Assembly (NCBI RefSeq): GCF_964204645.1
Contig: NW_027437452.1
Coordinates: 39,400 to 103,399, forward strand
Reading direction: 5' to 3'
DNA length: 64,000 bases
From: Tubulanus polymorphus
Lineage: Eukaryota; Animalia; Nemertea
A program made the position numbers and the translations under genes. Below are positions 33,901-48,900 of this stretch, in pieces; the first letter of the stretch is position 1, and each line of letters begins with the position of its first letter. The notes beneath the pieces were generated by a model. It was not told where the DNA came from, did not search any database, and saw nothing but the letters and a program-made list of their open reading frames with translations.

Positions 33901-36900
33901 CGCGCTGTACGACGTTTTCGCGTCGAAAAGTGTTTTTCCTGACGATTTGAGCGCTTTTACGCATCGACACTGTCGTTTTCCCGATAGGGGGAATATTTGA
34001 TACGAAAACGTCTTTTCTCGCGCTGAACGACGTTTTCGGGTCGAAAAGTGCTTTTCCTGACGATTTGAGCGCTTTTACGCATCGACATTGTCGTTTTTCC
34101 GATAGGGGGAATATTTGATACGAAAACGTCTTTTCTCGCGCTGTACGACGTTTTTGCGTCGAAAAGTGCTTTTCCTGACGATTTGAGCGCTTTTACGCAT
34201 CGACATTGTCGTTTTTCCGATAGGGGGAATATTTGATACGAAAACGTCTTTTCTCGCGCTGTACGACGTTTTTGCGTCGAAAAGTGCTTTTCCTGACGAT
34301 TTGAGCGCTTTTAAGCATCGACATTGTCGTTTTCCCGATAGGGGGAATATTTGATACGAAAACGTCTTTTCTCGCGCTGAACGACGTTTTCGGGTCGAAA
34401 AGTGCTTTTCCTGACGATTTGAGCGCTTTTACGCATCGACATTGTCGTTTTTCCGATAGGGGGAATATTTGATACGAAAACGTCTTTTCTCGCGCTGAAC
34501 GACGGTTTCGGGTCGAAAAGTGCTTTTCCTGACGATTTGAGCGCTTTTACGCATCGACATTGTCGTTTTCCCGATAGGGGGAATATTTGATACGAAAACG
34601 TCTTTTCTCGCGCTGAACGACGTTTTCGGGTCGAAAAGTGCTTTTCCTGACGATTTGAGCGCTTTTACGCATCGACATTGTCGTTTTTCCGATAGGGGGA
34701 ATATTTGATACGAAAACGTATTTTCTCGCGCTGTACGAAGTTTTCGCGTCGAAAAGTGCTTTTCCTGACGATTTGAGCGCTTTTACGCATTGACATTGTC
34801 GTTTTTCCGATCGGGGGAATATTTGATACGAAAACGTCTTTTCTCGCGCTGTACGACGTTTTCGCGTCGAAAAGTGTTTTTCCTGACGATTTGAGCGCTT
34901 TTACGCATCGACATTGTCGTTTTCCCGATAGGGGGAATATTTGATACGAAAACGTCTCTTCTCGCGCTGAACGACGTTTTCGGGTCGAAAAGTGCTTTTC
35001 CTGACGATTTGAGCGCTTTTACGCATCGACATTGTCGTTTTTCCGATAGGGGGAATATTTGATACGAAAACGTATTTTCTCGCGCTGTACGACGTTATCG
35101 CGTCGAAAAGTGCTTTTCCTGACGATTTGAGCGCTTTTACGCATCGACACTGTCGTTTTCCCGATAGGGGGAATATTTGATACGAAAACGTCTTTTCTCG
35201 CGCTGAACGACGTTTTCGGGTCGAAAAGTGCTTTTCCTGACGATTTGAGCGCTTTTACGCATCGACATTGTCGTTTTTCCGATAGGGGGAATATTTGATA
35301 CGAAAACGTATTTTCTCGCGCTGTACGACGTTTTCGCGTCGAAAAGTGCTTTTCCTGACGATTTGAGCGCTTTTACGCATCGACACTGTCGTTTTCCCGA
35401 TAGGGGGAATATTTGATACGAAAACGTCTTTTCTCGCGCTGAACGACGTTTTCGGGTCGAAAAGTGCTTTTCCTGACGATTTGAGCGCTTTTACGCATCG
35501 ACATTGTCGTTTTTCCGATAGGGGGAATATTTGATACGAAAACGTCTTTTCTCGCGCTGAACGACGTTTTCGGGTCGAAAAGTGCTTTTCCTGACGATTT
35601 GAGCGCTTTTACGCATCGACATTGTCGTTTTTTCGATAGGGGGAATATTTGATACGAAAACGTCTTTTCTCGCGCTGAACGACGTTTTCGGGTCGAAAAG
35701 TGCTTTTCCTGACGATTTGAGCGCTTTTACGCATCGACATTGTCGTTTTTTCGATAGGGGAAATATTTGATACGAAAACGTCTTTTCTCGCGCTGAACGA
35801 CGTTTTCCGTCCGAAAAGTGCTTTTCCTGACGATTTGAGCGCTTTTACGCATCGACATTGTCGTTTTTCCGATAGGGGGAATATTTGATACGAAAACGTC
35901 TTTTCTCGCGCTGAACAACGTTTTCGGTCCGAAAAGTGCTTTTCCTGACGATTTGAGCGCTTTTACGCATCGACATTGTCGTTTTCCCGATAGGGGGAAT
36001 ATTTGATACGAAAACGTCATTTCTCGCGCTGAACGACGTTTTCGGATCGAAAAGTGCTTTTCCTGACGATTTGAGCGCTTTTACGCATCGACACTGTCGT
36101 TTTCCCGATAGGGGGAATATTTGATACGAAAACGTCTTTTCTCGCGCTGAACGACGTTTTCGGGTCGAAAAGTGCTTTTCCTGACGATTTGAGCGCTTTT
36201 ACGCATCGACATTGTCGTTTTTCCGATAGGGGGAATATTTGATACGAAAACGTCTTTTCTCGCGCTGAACGACGTTTTCGGGTCGAAAAGTGCTTTTCCT
36301 GACGATTTGAGCGCTTTTACGCATCGACATTGTCGTTTTTTCGATAGGGGGAATATTTGATACGAAAACGTCTTTTCTCGCGCTGAACGACGTTTTCGGG
36401 TCGAAAAGTGCTTTTCCTGACGATTTGAGCGCTTTTACGCATCGACATTGTCGTTTTTTCGATAGGGGGAATATTTGATACGAAAACGTCTTTTCTCGCG
36501 CTGAACGACGTTTTCGGTCCGAAAAGTGCTTTTCCTGACGATTTGAGCGCTTTTACGCATCGACATTGTCGTTTTTCCGATAGGGGGAATATTTGATACG
36601 AAAACGTCCTTTTCTCGCGCTGAACAACGTTTTCGGTCCGAAAAGTGCTTTTCCTGACGATTTGAGCGCTTTTACGCATCGACATTGTCGTTTTCCCGAT
36701 AGGGGGAATATTTGATACGAAAACGTCTTTTCCTCGCGCTGAACGACGTTTTCGGGTCGAAAAGTGCTTTTCCTGACGATTTGAGCGCTTTTACGCATCG
36801 ACATTGTCGTTTTTCCGATCGGGGGAATATTTGATACGAAAACGTCTTTTCTCGCGCTGTACGACGTTTTCGCGTCGAAAAGTGTTTTTCCTGACGATTT

Positions 36901-39900
36901 GAGCGCTTTTACGCATCGACATTGTCGTTTTCCCGATAGGGGGAATATTTGATACGAAAACGTCTTTTCTCGCGCTGAACGACGTTTTCGGGTCGAAAAG
37001 TGCTTTTCCTGACGATTTGAGCGCTTTTACGCATCGACATTGTCGTTTTTCCGATAGGGGGAATATTTGATACGAAAACGTCTTTTCTCGCGCTGAACGA
37101 CGTTTTCGGGTCGAAAAGTGCTTTTCCTGACGATTTGAGCGCTTTTACGCATCGACATTGTCGTTTTTCCGATAGGGGGAATATTTGATACGAAAACGTC
37201 TTTTCTCGCGCTGAACGACGTTTTCGGGTCGAAAAGTGCTTTTCCTGACGATTTGAGCGCTTTTACGCATCGACATTGTCGTTTTCCCGATAGGGGGAAT
37301 GTTTGATACGAAAACGTCTTTTCTCGCGCTGAACGACGTTTTCGGGTCGAAAAGTGCTTTTCCTGACGATTTGAGCGCTTTTACGCATCGACATTGTCGT
37401 TTTTCCGATAGGGGGAATACTTGATACGAAAACGTCTTTTCTCGCGCTGAACGACGTTTTCGCGTCGAAAAGTGCTTTTCCTGACGATTTGAGCGCTTTT
37501 ACGCATCGACATTGTCGTTTTCCCGATAGGGGGAATATTTGATACGAAAACGTCTTTTCTCGCGCTGAACGACGTTTTCGGGTCAAAAAGTGCTTTTCCT
37601 GACGATTTGAGCGCTTTTACGCATCGACATCGTCGTTTTTCCGATAGAGGGAATATTTGATACGAAAACGTCTTTTCTCGCGCTGAACGACGTTTTCGGT
37701 CCGAAAAGTGCTTTTCCTGACGATTTGAGCGCTTTTACGCATCGACATTGTCGTTTTTCCGATAGGGGGAATATTTGATACGAAAACGTCTTTTCTCGCG
37801 CTGAACAACGTTTTCGGTCCGAAAAGTGCATTTCCTGACGATTTGAGCGCTTTTACGCATCGACATTGTCGTTTTCCCGATAGGGGGAATATTTGATACG
37901 AAAACGTCTTTTCTCGCGCTGAACGACGTTTTCGGGTCGAAAAGTGCTTTTCCTGACGATTTGAGCGCTTTTACGCATCGACATTGTCGTTTTTCCGATA
38001 GGGGGAATATTTGATACGAAAACGTCTTTTCTCGCGCTGAACGACGTTTTCGGGTCGAAAAGTGCTTTTCCTGACGATTTGAGCGCTTTTACGCATCGAC
38101 ATTGTCGTTTTTCCGATCGGGGGAATATTTGATACGAAAACGTCTTTTCTCGCGCTGTACGACGTTTTCGCGTCGAAAATTTTTTTTCCTGACGATTTGA
38201 GCGCTTTTACGCATCGACATTGTCGTTTTCCCGATAGGGGGAATATTTGATACGAAAACGTCTTTTCTCGCGCTGAACGACGTTTTCGGGTCGAAAAGTG
38301 CTTTTCCTGACGATTTGAGCGCTTTTACGCATCGACATTGTCGTTTTTCCGATAGGGGGAATATTTGATACGAAAACGTCTTTTCTCGCGCTGAACGACG
38401 TTTTCGGGTCGAAAAGTGCTTTTCCTGACGATTTGAGCGCTTTTACGCATCGACATTGTCGTTTTTCCGATAGGGGGAATATTTGATACGAAAACGTCTT
38501 TTCTCGCGCTGAACGACGTTTTCGGGTCGAAAAGTGCTTTTCCTGACGATTTGAGCGCTTTTACGCATCGACATTGTCGTTTTCCCGATAGGGGGAATAT
38601 TTGATACGAAAACGTCTTTTCTCGCGCTGAACGACGTTTTCGGGTCGAAAAGTGCTTTTCCTGACGATTTGAGCGCTTTTACGCATCGACATTGTCGTTT
38701 TTCCGATAGGGGGAATATTTTGATACGAAAACGTCTTTTCTCGCGCTGAACGACGTTTTCGCGTCGAAAAGTGCTTTTCCTGACGATTTGAGCGCTTTTA
38801 CGCATCGACATTGTCGTTTTCCCGATAGGGGGAATATTTGATACGAAAACGTCTTTTCTCGCGCTGAACGACGTTTTCGGGTCAAAAAGTGCTTTTCCTG
38901 ACGATTTGAGCGCTTTTACGCATCGACATCGTCGTTTTTCCGATAGGGGGAATATTTGATACGAAAACGTCTTTTCTCGCGCTGAACGACGTTTTCGGGT
39001 CAAAAAGTGCTTTTCCTGACGATTTGAGTGCTTTTACGCATCGACATTGTCGTTTTTCCGATAGGGGGAATATTTGATACGTCTTTTCTCGCGCTGAACA
39101 ACGTTTTCGGTCCGAAAAGTGCATTTCCTGACGATTTGAGCGCTTTTACGCATCGACATTGTCGTTTTTCCGATAGGGGGAATATTTGATACGAAAACGT
39201 CTTTTCTCGCGCTGAACAACGTTTTCGGTCCGAAAAGTGCTTTTCCTGACGATTTGAGCGCTTTTACGCATCGACATTGTCGTTTTCCCGATAGGGGGAA
39301 TATTTGATACGAAAACGTCATTTCTCGCGCTGAACGACGTTTTCGGGTCGAAAAGTGCTTTTCCTGACGATTTGAGCGCTTTTACGCATCGACATTGTCG
39401 TTTTTCCGATCGGGGGAATATTTGATACGAAAACGTCTTTTCTCGCGCTGAACGACGTTTTCGCGTCGAAAAGTGCTTTTCCTGACGATTTGAGCGCTTT
39501 TACGCATCGACATTGTCGTTTTTCCGATAGGGGGAATATTTGATACGAAAACGTATTTTCTCGCGCTGTACGACGTTTTCGCGTCGAAAAGTGCTTTTCC
39601 TGACGATTTGAGCGCTTTTACGCATCGACACTGTCGTTTTCCCGATAGGGGGAATATTTGATACGAAAACGTCTTTTCTCGCGCTGAACGACGTTTTCGG
39701 GTCGAAAAGTGCTTTTCCTGACGATTTGAGCGCTTTTACGCATCGACATTGTCGTTTTTCCGATAGGGGGAATATTTGATACGAAAACGTCTTTTCTCGC
39801 GCTGAACGACGTTTTCGGGTCGAAAAGTGCTTTTCCTGACGATTTGAGCGCTTTTACGCATCGACATTGTCGTTTTTTCGATAGGGGGAATATTTGATAC

Positions 39901-42900
39901 GAAAACGTCTTTTCTCGCGCTGAACGACGTTTTCGGGTCGAAAAGTGCTTTTCCTGACGATTTGAGCGCTTTTACGCATCGACATTGTCGTTTTTTCGAT
40001 AGGGGGAATATTTGATACGAAAACGTCTTTTCTCGCGCTGAACGACGTTTTCCGTCCGAAAAGTGCTTTTCCTGACGATTTGAGCGCTTTTACGCATCGA
40101 CATTGTCGTTTTTCCGATAGGGGGAATATTTGATACGAAAACGTCTTTTCTCGCGCTGAACAACGTTTTCGGTCCGAAAAGTGCTTTTCCTGACGATTTG
40201 AGCGCTTTTACGCATCGACATTGTCGTTTTCCCGATAAGGGGAATATTTGATACGAAAACGTCTTTTCTCGCGCTGAACGACGTTTTCGGGTCGAAAAGT
40301 GCTTTTCCTGACGATTTGAGCGCTTTTACGCATCGACATTGTCGTTTTCCCGATAGGGGGAATATTTGATACGAAAACGTCTTTTCTCGCGCTGAACGAC
40401 GTTTTCGGGTCGAAAAGTGCTTTTCCTGACGATTTGAGCGCTTTTACGCATCGACATTGTCGTTTTTCCGATGGGGGGAATATTTGATACGAAAACGTCT
40501 TTTCTCGCGCTGAACGACGTTTTCGGGTCGAAAAGTGCTTTTCCTGACGATTTGAGCGCTTTTACGCATCGACATTGTCGTTTTTCCGATAGGGGGAATA
40601 TTTGATACGAAAACGTCTTTTCTCGCGCTGAACGACGTTTTCGGGTCGAAAAGTGCTTTTCCTGACGATTTGAGCGCTTTTACGCATCGACATTGTCGTT
40701 TTTCCGATCGGGGAATATTTGATACGAAAACGTCTTTTCTCGCGCTGTACGACGTTTTCGCGTCGAAAATTTTTTTTCCTGACGATTTGAGGGCTTTTAC
40801 GCATCGACATTGTCGTTTTCCCGATAGGGGGAATATTTGATACGAAAACGTCTTTTCTCGCGCTGAACGACGTTTTCGGGTCGAAAAGTGCTTTTCCTGA
40901 CGATTTGAGCGCTTTTACGCATCGACATTGTCGTTTTCCGATAGGGGGAATATTTGATACGAAAACGTCTTTTCTCGCGCTGAACGACGTTTTCGGGTCG
41001 AAAAGTGCTTTTCCTGACGATTTGAGCGCTTTTACGCATCGACATTGTCGTTTTTCCGATAGGGGGAATATTTGATACGAAAACGTCTTTTCTCGCGCTG
41101 AACGACGTTTTCGGGTCGAAAAGTGCTTTTCCTGACGATTTGAGCGCTTTTACGCATCGACATTGTCGTTTTTCCGATAGGGGGAATATTTGATACGAAA
41201 ACGTCTTTTCTCGCGCTGAACGACGTTTTCGGGTCGAAAAGTGCTTTTCCTGACGATTTGAGCGCTTTTACGCATCGACATTGTCGTTTTCCCGATAGGG
41301 GGAATATTTGATACGAAAACGTCTTTTCTCGCGCTGAACGACGTTTTCGGGTCGAAAAGTGCTTTTCCTGACGATTTGAGCGCTTTTACGCATCGACATT
41401 GTCGTTTTTCCGATAGGGGGAATATTTGATACGAAAACGTCTTTTCTCGCGCTGAACGACGTTTTCGGGTCGAAAAGTGCTTTTCCTGACGATTTGAGCG
41501 CTTTTACGCATCGACATTGTCGTTTTTCCGATCGGGGGAATATTTGATACGAAAACGTCTTTTCTCGCGCTGTACGACGTTTTCGCGTCGAAAAGTGTTT
41601 TTCCTGACGATTTGAGCGCTTTTACGCATCGACATTGTCGTTTTCCCGATAGGGGGAATATTTGATACGAAAACGTCTCTTCTCGCGCTGAACGACGTTT
41701 TCGGGTCGAAAAGTGCTTTTCCTGACGATTTGAGCGCTTTTACGCATCGACATTGTCGTTTTTCCGATAGGGGGAATATTTGATACGAAAACGTATTTTC
41801 TCGCGCTGTACGACGTTATCGCGTCGAAAAGTGCTTTTCCTGACGATTTGAGCGCTTTTACGCATCGACACTGTCGTTTTCCCGATAGGGGGAATATTTG
41901 ATACGAAAACGTCTTTTCTCGCGCTGAACGACGTTTTCGGGTCGAAAAGTGCTTTTCCTGACGATTTGAGCGCTTTTACGCATCGACATTGTCGTTTTTC
42001 CGATAGGGGGAATATTTGATACGAAAACGTATTTTCTCGCGCTGTACGACGTTTTCGCGTCGAAAAGTGCTTTTCCTGACGATTTGAGCGCTTTTACGCA
42101 TCGACACTGTCGTTTTCCCGATAGGGGGAATATTTGATACGAAAACGTCTTTTCTCGCGCTGAACGACGTTTTCGGGTCGAAAAGTGCTTTTCCTGACGA
42201 TTTGAGCGCTTTTACGCATCGACATTGTCGTTTTTCCGATAGGGGGAATATTTGATACGAAAACGTCTTTTCTCGCGCTGAACGACGTTTTCGGGTCGAA
42301 AAGTGCTTTTCCTGACGATTTGAGCGCTTTTACGCATCGACATTGTCGTTTTTTCGATAGGGGGAATATTTGATACGAAAACGTCTTTTCTCGCGCTGAA
42401 CGACGTTTTCGGGTCGAAAAGTGCTTTTCCTGACGATTTGAGCGCTTTTACGCATCGACATTGTCGTTTTTTCGATAGGGGAAATATTTGATACGAAAAC
42501 GTCTTTTCTCGCGCTGAACGACGTTTTCCGTCCGAAAAGTGCTTTTCCTGACGATTTGAGCGCTTTTACGCATCGACATTGTCGTTTTTCCGATAGGGGG
42601 AATATTTGATACGAAAACGTCTTTTCTCGCGCTGAACAACGTTTTCGGTCCGAAAAGTGCTTTTCCTGACGATTTGAGCGCTTTTACGCATCGACATTGT
42701 CGTTTTCCCGATAGGGGGAATATTTGATACGAAAACGTCATTTCTCGCGCTGAACGACGTTTTCGGATCGAAAAGTGCTTTTCCTGACGATTTGAGCGCT
42801 TTTATGCATCGACATTGTCGTTTTTCCGATCGGGGGAATATTTGATACGAAAACGTCTTTTCTCGCGCTGAACGACGTTTTCGCGTCGAAAAGTGCTTTT

Positions 42901-45900
42901 CCTGACGATTTGAGCGCTTTTACGCATCGACATTGTCGTTTTTCCGATAGGGGGAATATTTGATACGAAAACGTATTTTCTCGCGCTGTACGACGTTTTC
43001 GCGTCGAAAAGTGCTTTTCCTGACGATTTGAGCGCTTTTACGCATCGACACTGTCGTTTTCCCGATAGGGGGAATATTTGATACGAAAACGTCTTTTCTC
43101 GCGCTGAACGACGTTTTCGGGTCGAAAAGTGCTTTTCCTGACGATTTGAGCGCTTTTACGCATCGACATTGTCGTTTTTCCGATAGGGGGAATATTTGAT
43201 ACGAAAACGTCTTTTCTCGCGCTGAACGACGTTTTCGGGTCGAAAAGTGCTTTTCCTGACGATTTGAGCGCTTTTACGCATCGACATTGTCGTTTTTTCG
43301 ATAGGGGGGAATATTTGATACGAAAACGTCTTTTCTCGCGCTGAACGACGTTTTCGGGTCGAAAAGTGCTTTTCCTGACGATTTGAGCGCTTTTACGCAT
43401 CGACATTGTCGTTTTTTCGATAGGGGGAATATTTGATACGAAAACGTCTTTTCTCGCGCTGAACGACGTTTTCCGTCCGAAAAGTGCTTTTCCTGACGAT
43501 TTGAGCGCTTTTACGCATCGACATTGTCGTTTTTCCGATAGGGGGAATATTTGATACGAAAACGTCTTTTCTCGCGCTGAACAACGTTTTCGGTCCGAAA
43601 AGTGCTTTTCCTGACGATTTGAGCGCTTTTACGCATCGACATTGTCGTTTTCCCGATAGGGGGAATATTTGATACGAAAACGTCTTTTCTCGCGCTGAAC
43701 GACGTTTTCGGGTCGAAAAGTGCTTTTCCTGACGATTTGAGCGCTTTTACGCATCGACATTGTCGTTTTTCCGATCGGGGGAATATTTGATACGAAAACG
43801 TCTTTTCTCGCGCTGTACGACGTTTTCGCGTCGAAAAGTGTTTTTCCTGACGATTTGAGCGCTTTTACGCATCGACATTGTCGTTTTCCCGATAGGGGGA
43901 ATATTTGATACGAAAACGTCTTTTCTCGCGCTGAACGACGTTTTCGGGTCGAAAAGTGCTTTTCCTGACGATTTGAGCGCTTTTACGCATCGACATTGTC
44001 GTTTTTCCGATAGGGGGAATATTTGATACGAAAACGTCTTTTCTCGCGCTGAACGACGTTTTCGGGTCGAAAAGTGCTTTTCCTGACGATTTGAGCGCTT
44101 TTACGCATCGACATTGTCGTTTTTCCGATAGGGGGAATATTTGATACGAAAACGTCTTTTCTCGCGCTGAACGACGTTTTCGGGTCGAAAAGTGCTTTTC
44201 CTGACGATTTGAGCGCTTTTACGCATCGACATTGTGGTTTTTCCGATAGGGGGAATATTTGATACGAAAACGTCTTTTCTCGCGCTGAACGACGTTTTCG
44301 GGTCGAAAAGTGCTTTTCCTGACGATTTGAGCTCTTTTACGCATCGACATCGTCGTTTTTTCGATAGGGGGAATATTTGATACGAAAACGTCTTTTCTCG
44401 CGCTGAACGACGTTTTCGGTCCGAAAAGTGCTTTTCCTGACGATTTGAGCGCTTTTACGCATCGACATTGTCGTTTTTCCGATAGGGGGAATATTTGATA
44501 CGAAAACGTCTTTTCTCGCGCTGAACAACGTTTTCGGTCCGAAAAGTGCATTTCCTGACGATTTGAGCGCTTTTACGCATCGACATTGTCGTTTTCCGAT
44601 AGGGGGAATATTTGATACGAAAACGTATTTTCTCGCGCTGTACGACGTTTTCGCGTCGAAAAGTGCTTTTCCTGACGATTTGAGCGCTTTTACGCATCGA
44701 CATTTTCGTTTTTCCGATAGGGGGAATGTTTGATACGAAAACGTCTTTTCTCGCGCTGAACGACGTTTTCGGGTCGAAAAGTGCTTTTCCTGACGATTTG
44801 AGCGCTTTTACGCATCGACATTGTCGTTTTCCCGATAGGGGGAATATTTGATACGAAAACGTCTTTTCTCGCGCTGAACGACGTTTTCGGGTCGAAAAGT
44901 GCTTTTCCTGACGATTTGAGCGCTTTTACGCATCGACATTGTCGTTTTTCCGATAGGGGGAATATTTGATACGAAAACGTCTTTTCTCGCGCTGAACGAC
45001 GTTTTCGGGTCGAAAAGTGCTTTTCCTGACGATTTGAGCGCTTTTACGCATCGACATTGTCGTTTTCCCGATAGGGGGAATATTTGATACGAAAACGTCT
45101 TTTCTCGCGCTGAACGACGTTTTCGGGTCGAAAAGTGCTTTTCCTGACGATTTGAGCGCTTTTACGCATCGACATTGTCGTTTTTCCGATAGGGGGAATA
45201 TTTGATACGAGAACGTCTTTTCTCGCGCTGAACGACGTTTTCGGGTCGAAAAGTGCTTTTCCTGACGATTTGAGCGCTTTTACGCATCGACATTGTCGTT
45301 TTCCCGATAGGGGGAATATTTGATACGAAAACGTCTTTTCTCGCGCTGAACGACGTTTTCGGGTCGAAAAGTGCTTTTCCTGACGATTTGAGCGCTTTTA
45401 CGCATCGACATTGTCGTTTTTCCGATAGGGGGAATATTTGATACGAAAACGTCTTTTCTCGCGCTGAACGACGTTTTCGCGTCGAAAAGTGCTTTTCCTG
45501 ACGATTTGAGCGCTTTTACGCATCGACATCGTCGTTTTCCCGATAGGGGGAATATTTGATACGAAAACGTCTTTTCTCGCGCTGAACGACGTTTTCGGGT
45601 CAAAAAGTGCTTTTCCTGACGATTTGAGCGCTTTTACGCATCGACATCGTCGTTTTTCCGATAGGGGGAATATTTGATACGAAAACGTCTTTTCTCGCGC
45701 TGAACGACGTTTTCGGTCCGAAAAGTGCTTTTCCTGACGATTTGAGCGCTTTTACGCATCGACATTGTCGTTTTTCCGATAGGGGGAATATTTGATACGA
45801 AAACGTCTTTTCTCGCGCTGAACAACGTTTTCGGTCCGAAAAGTGCATTTCCTGACGATTTGAGCGCTTTTACGCATCGACATTGTCGTTTTTCCGATAG

Positions 45901-48900
45901 GGAGAATATTTGATACGAAAACGTATTTTCTCGCGTTGTACGACGTTTTCGCATCGAAAAGTGCTTTTCCTGACGATTTGAGCGCTTTTACGCATCGACA
46001 TTTTCGTTTTTCCGATAGGGGGAATGTTTGATACGAAAACGTCTTTTCTCGCGCTGAACGACGTTTTCGCGTCGAAAAGTGCTTTTCCTGACGATTTGAG
46101 CGCTTTTACGCATCGACATTGTCGTTTTCCCGATAGGGGGAATATTTGATACGAAAACTTCTTTTCTCGCGCTGAACGACGTTTTCGGGTCGAAAAGTGC
46201 TTTTCCTGACGATTTGAGCGCTTTTACGCATCGACATTGTCGTTTTTCCGATAGGGGGAATATTTGATACGAAAACGTCTTTTCTCGCGCTGAACGACGT
46301 TTTCGGGTCGAAAAGTGCTTTTCCTGACGATTTTAGCGCTTTTACGCATCGACATTGTCGTTTTTCCGATAGGGGGAATATTTGATACGAAAACGTCTTT
46401 TCTCGCGCTGAACGACGTTTTCGGGTCGAAAAGTGCTTTTCCTGACGATTTGAGCGCTTTTACGCATCGACATTGTCGTTTTCCCGATAGGGGGAATATT
46501 TGATACGAAAACGTCTTTTCTCGCGCTGAACGACGTTTTCGGGTCGAAAAGTGCTTTTCCTGACGATTTGAGCGCTTTTACGCATCGACATTGTCGTTTT
46601 TCCGATAGGGGGAATATTTGATACGAAAACGTCTTTTCTCGCGCTGAACGACGTTTTCGGGTCGAAAAGTGCTTTTCCTGACGATTTGAGCGCTTTTACG
46701 CATCGACATTGTCGTTTTTCCGATAGGGGGAATATTTGATACGAAAACGTCTTTTCTCGCGCTGAACGACGTTTTCGGGTCGAAAAGTGCTTTTCCTGAC
46801 GATTTGAGCGCTTTTACGCATCGACATTGTCGTTTTCCCGATAGGGGGAATATTTGATACGAAAACGTCTTTTCTCGCGCTGAACGACGTTTTCGGGTCG
46901 AAAAGTGCTTTTCCTGACGATTTGAGCGCTTTTACGCATCGACATTGTCGTTTTTCCGATAGGGGGAATATTTGATACGAAAACGTCTTTTCTCGCGCTG
47001 AACGACGTTTTCGGGTCGAAAAGTGCTTTTCCTGACGATTTGAGCGCTTTTACGCATCGACATTGTCGTTTTCCCGATAGGGGGAATATTTGATACGAAA
47101 ACGTCTTTTCTCGCGCTGAACGACGTTTTCGGGTCGAAAAGTGCTTTTCCTGACGATTTGAGCGCTTTTACGCATCGACATTGTCGTTTTTCCGATAGGG
47201 GGAATATTTGATACGAAAACGTCTTTTCTCGCGCTGAACGACGTTTTCGCGTCGAAAAGTGCTTTTCCTGACGATTTGAGCGCTTTTACGCATCGACATC
47301 GTCGTTTTCCCGATAGGGGGAATATTTGATACGAAAACGTCTTTTCTCGCGCTGAACGACGTTTTCGGGTCAAAAAGTGCTTTTCCTGACGATTTGAGCG
47401 CTTTTACGCATCGACATCGTCGTTTTTCCGATAGGGGGAATATTTGATACGAAAACGTCTTTTCTCGCGCTGAACGACGTTTTCGGTCCGAAAAGTGCTT
47501 TTCCTGACGATTTGAGCGCTTTTACGCATCGACATTGTCGTTTTTCCGATAGGGGGAATATTTGATACGAAAACGTCTTTTCTCGCGCTGAACAACGTTT
47601 TCGGTCCGAAAAGTGCATTTCCTGACGATTTGAGCGCTTTTACGCATCGACATTGTCGTTTTTCCGATAGGGAGAATATTTGATACGAAAACGTATTTTC
47701 TCGCGTTGTACGACGTTTTCGCATCGAAAAGTGCTTTTCCTGACGATTTGAGCGCTTTTACGCATCGACATTTTCGTTTTTCCGATAGGGGGAATGTTTG
47801 ATACGAAAACGTCTTTTCTCGCGCTGAACGACGTTTTCGCGTCGAAAAGTGCTTTTCCTGACGATTTGAGCGCTTTTACGCATCGACATTGTCGTTTTCC
47901 CGATAGGGGGAATATTTGATACGAAAACTTCTTTTCTCGCGCTGAACGACGTTTTCGGGTCGAAAAGTGCTTTTCCTGACGATTTGAGCGCTTTTACGCA
48001 TCGACATTGTCGTTTTTCCGATAGGGGGAATATTTGATACGAAAACGTCTTTTCTCGCGCTGAACGACGTTTTCGGGTCGAAAAGTGCTTTTCCTGACGA
48101 TTTTAGCGCTTTTACGCATCGACATTGTCGTTTTTCCGATAGGGGGAATATTTGATACGAAAACGTCTTTTCTCGCGCTGAACGACGTTTTCGGGTCGAA
48201 AAGTGCTTTTCCTGACGATTTGAGCGCTTTTACGCATCGACATTGTCGTTTTCCCGATAGGGGGAATATTTGATACGAAAACGTCTTTTCTCGCGCTGAA
48301 CGACGTTTTCGGGTCGAAAAGTGCTTTTCCTGACGATTTGAGCGCTTTTACGCATCGACATTGTCGTTTTTCCGATAGGGGGAATATTTGATACGAAAAC
48401 GTCTTTTCTCGCGCTGAACGACGTTTTCGCGTCGAAAAGTGCTTTTCCTGACGATTTGAGCGCTTTTACGCATCGACATTGTCGTTTTCCCGATAGGGGG
48501 AATATTTGATACGAAAACGTCTTTTCTCGCGCTGAACGACGTTTTCGGTCCGAAAAGTGCTTTTCCTGACGATTTGAGCGCTTTTACGCATCGACATTGT
48601 CGTTTTCCCGATAGGGGGAATATTTGATACGAAAACGTCTTTTCTCGCGCTGAACGACGTTTTCGGGTCGAAAAGTGCTTTTCCTGACGATTTGAGCGCT
48701 TTTACGCATCGACATTGTCGTTTTTCCGATAGGGGGAATATTTGATACGAAAACGTCTTTTCTCGCGCTGAACGACGTTTTCGGTTCGAAAAGTGCTTTT
48801 CCTGACGATTTGAGCGCTTTTACGCATCGACATTGTCGTTTTCCCGATAGGGGGAATATTTGATACGAAAACGTCTTTTCTCGCGCTGAACGACGTTTTC

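Noticed and set aside
36600-44600. Scattered 1-bp homopolymer indels in monomers
   Set aside because: Mostly singletons in T or G runs; indistinguishable from long-read consensus error.
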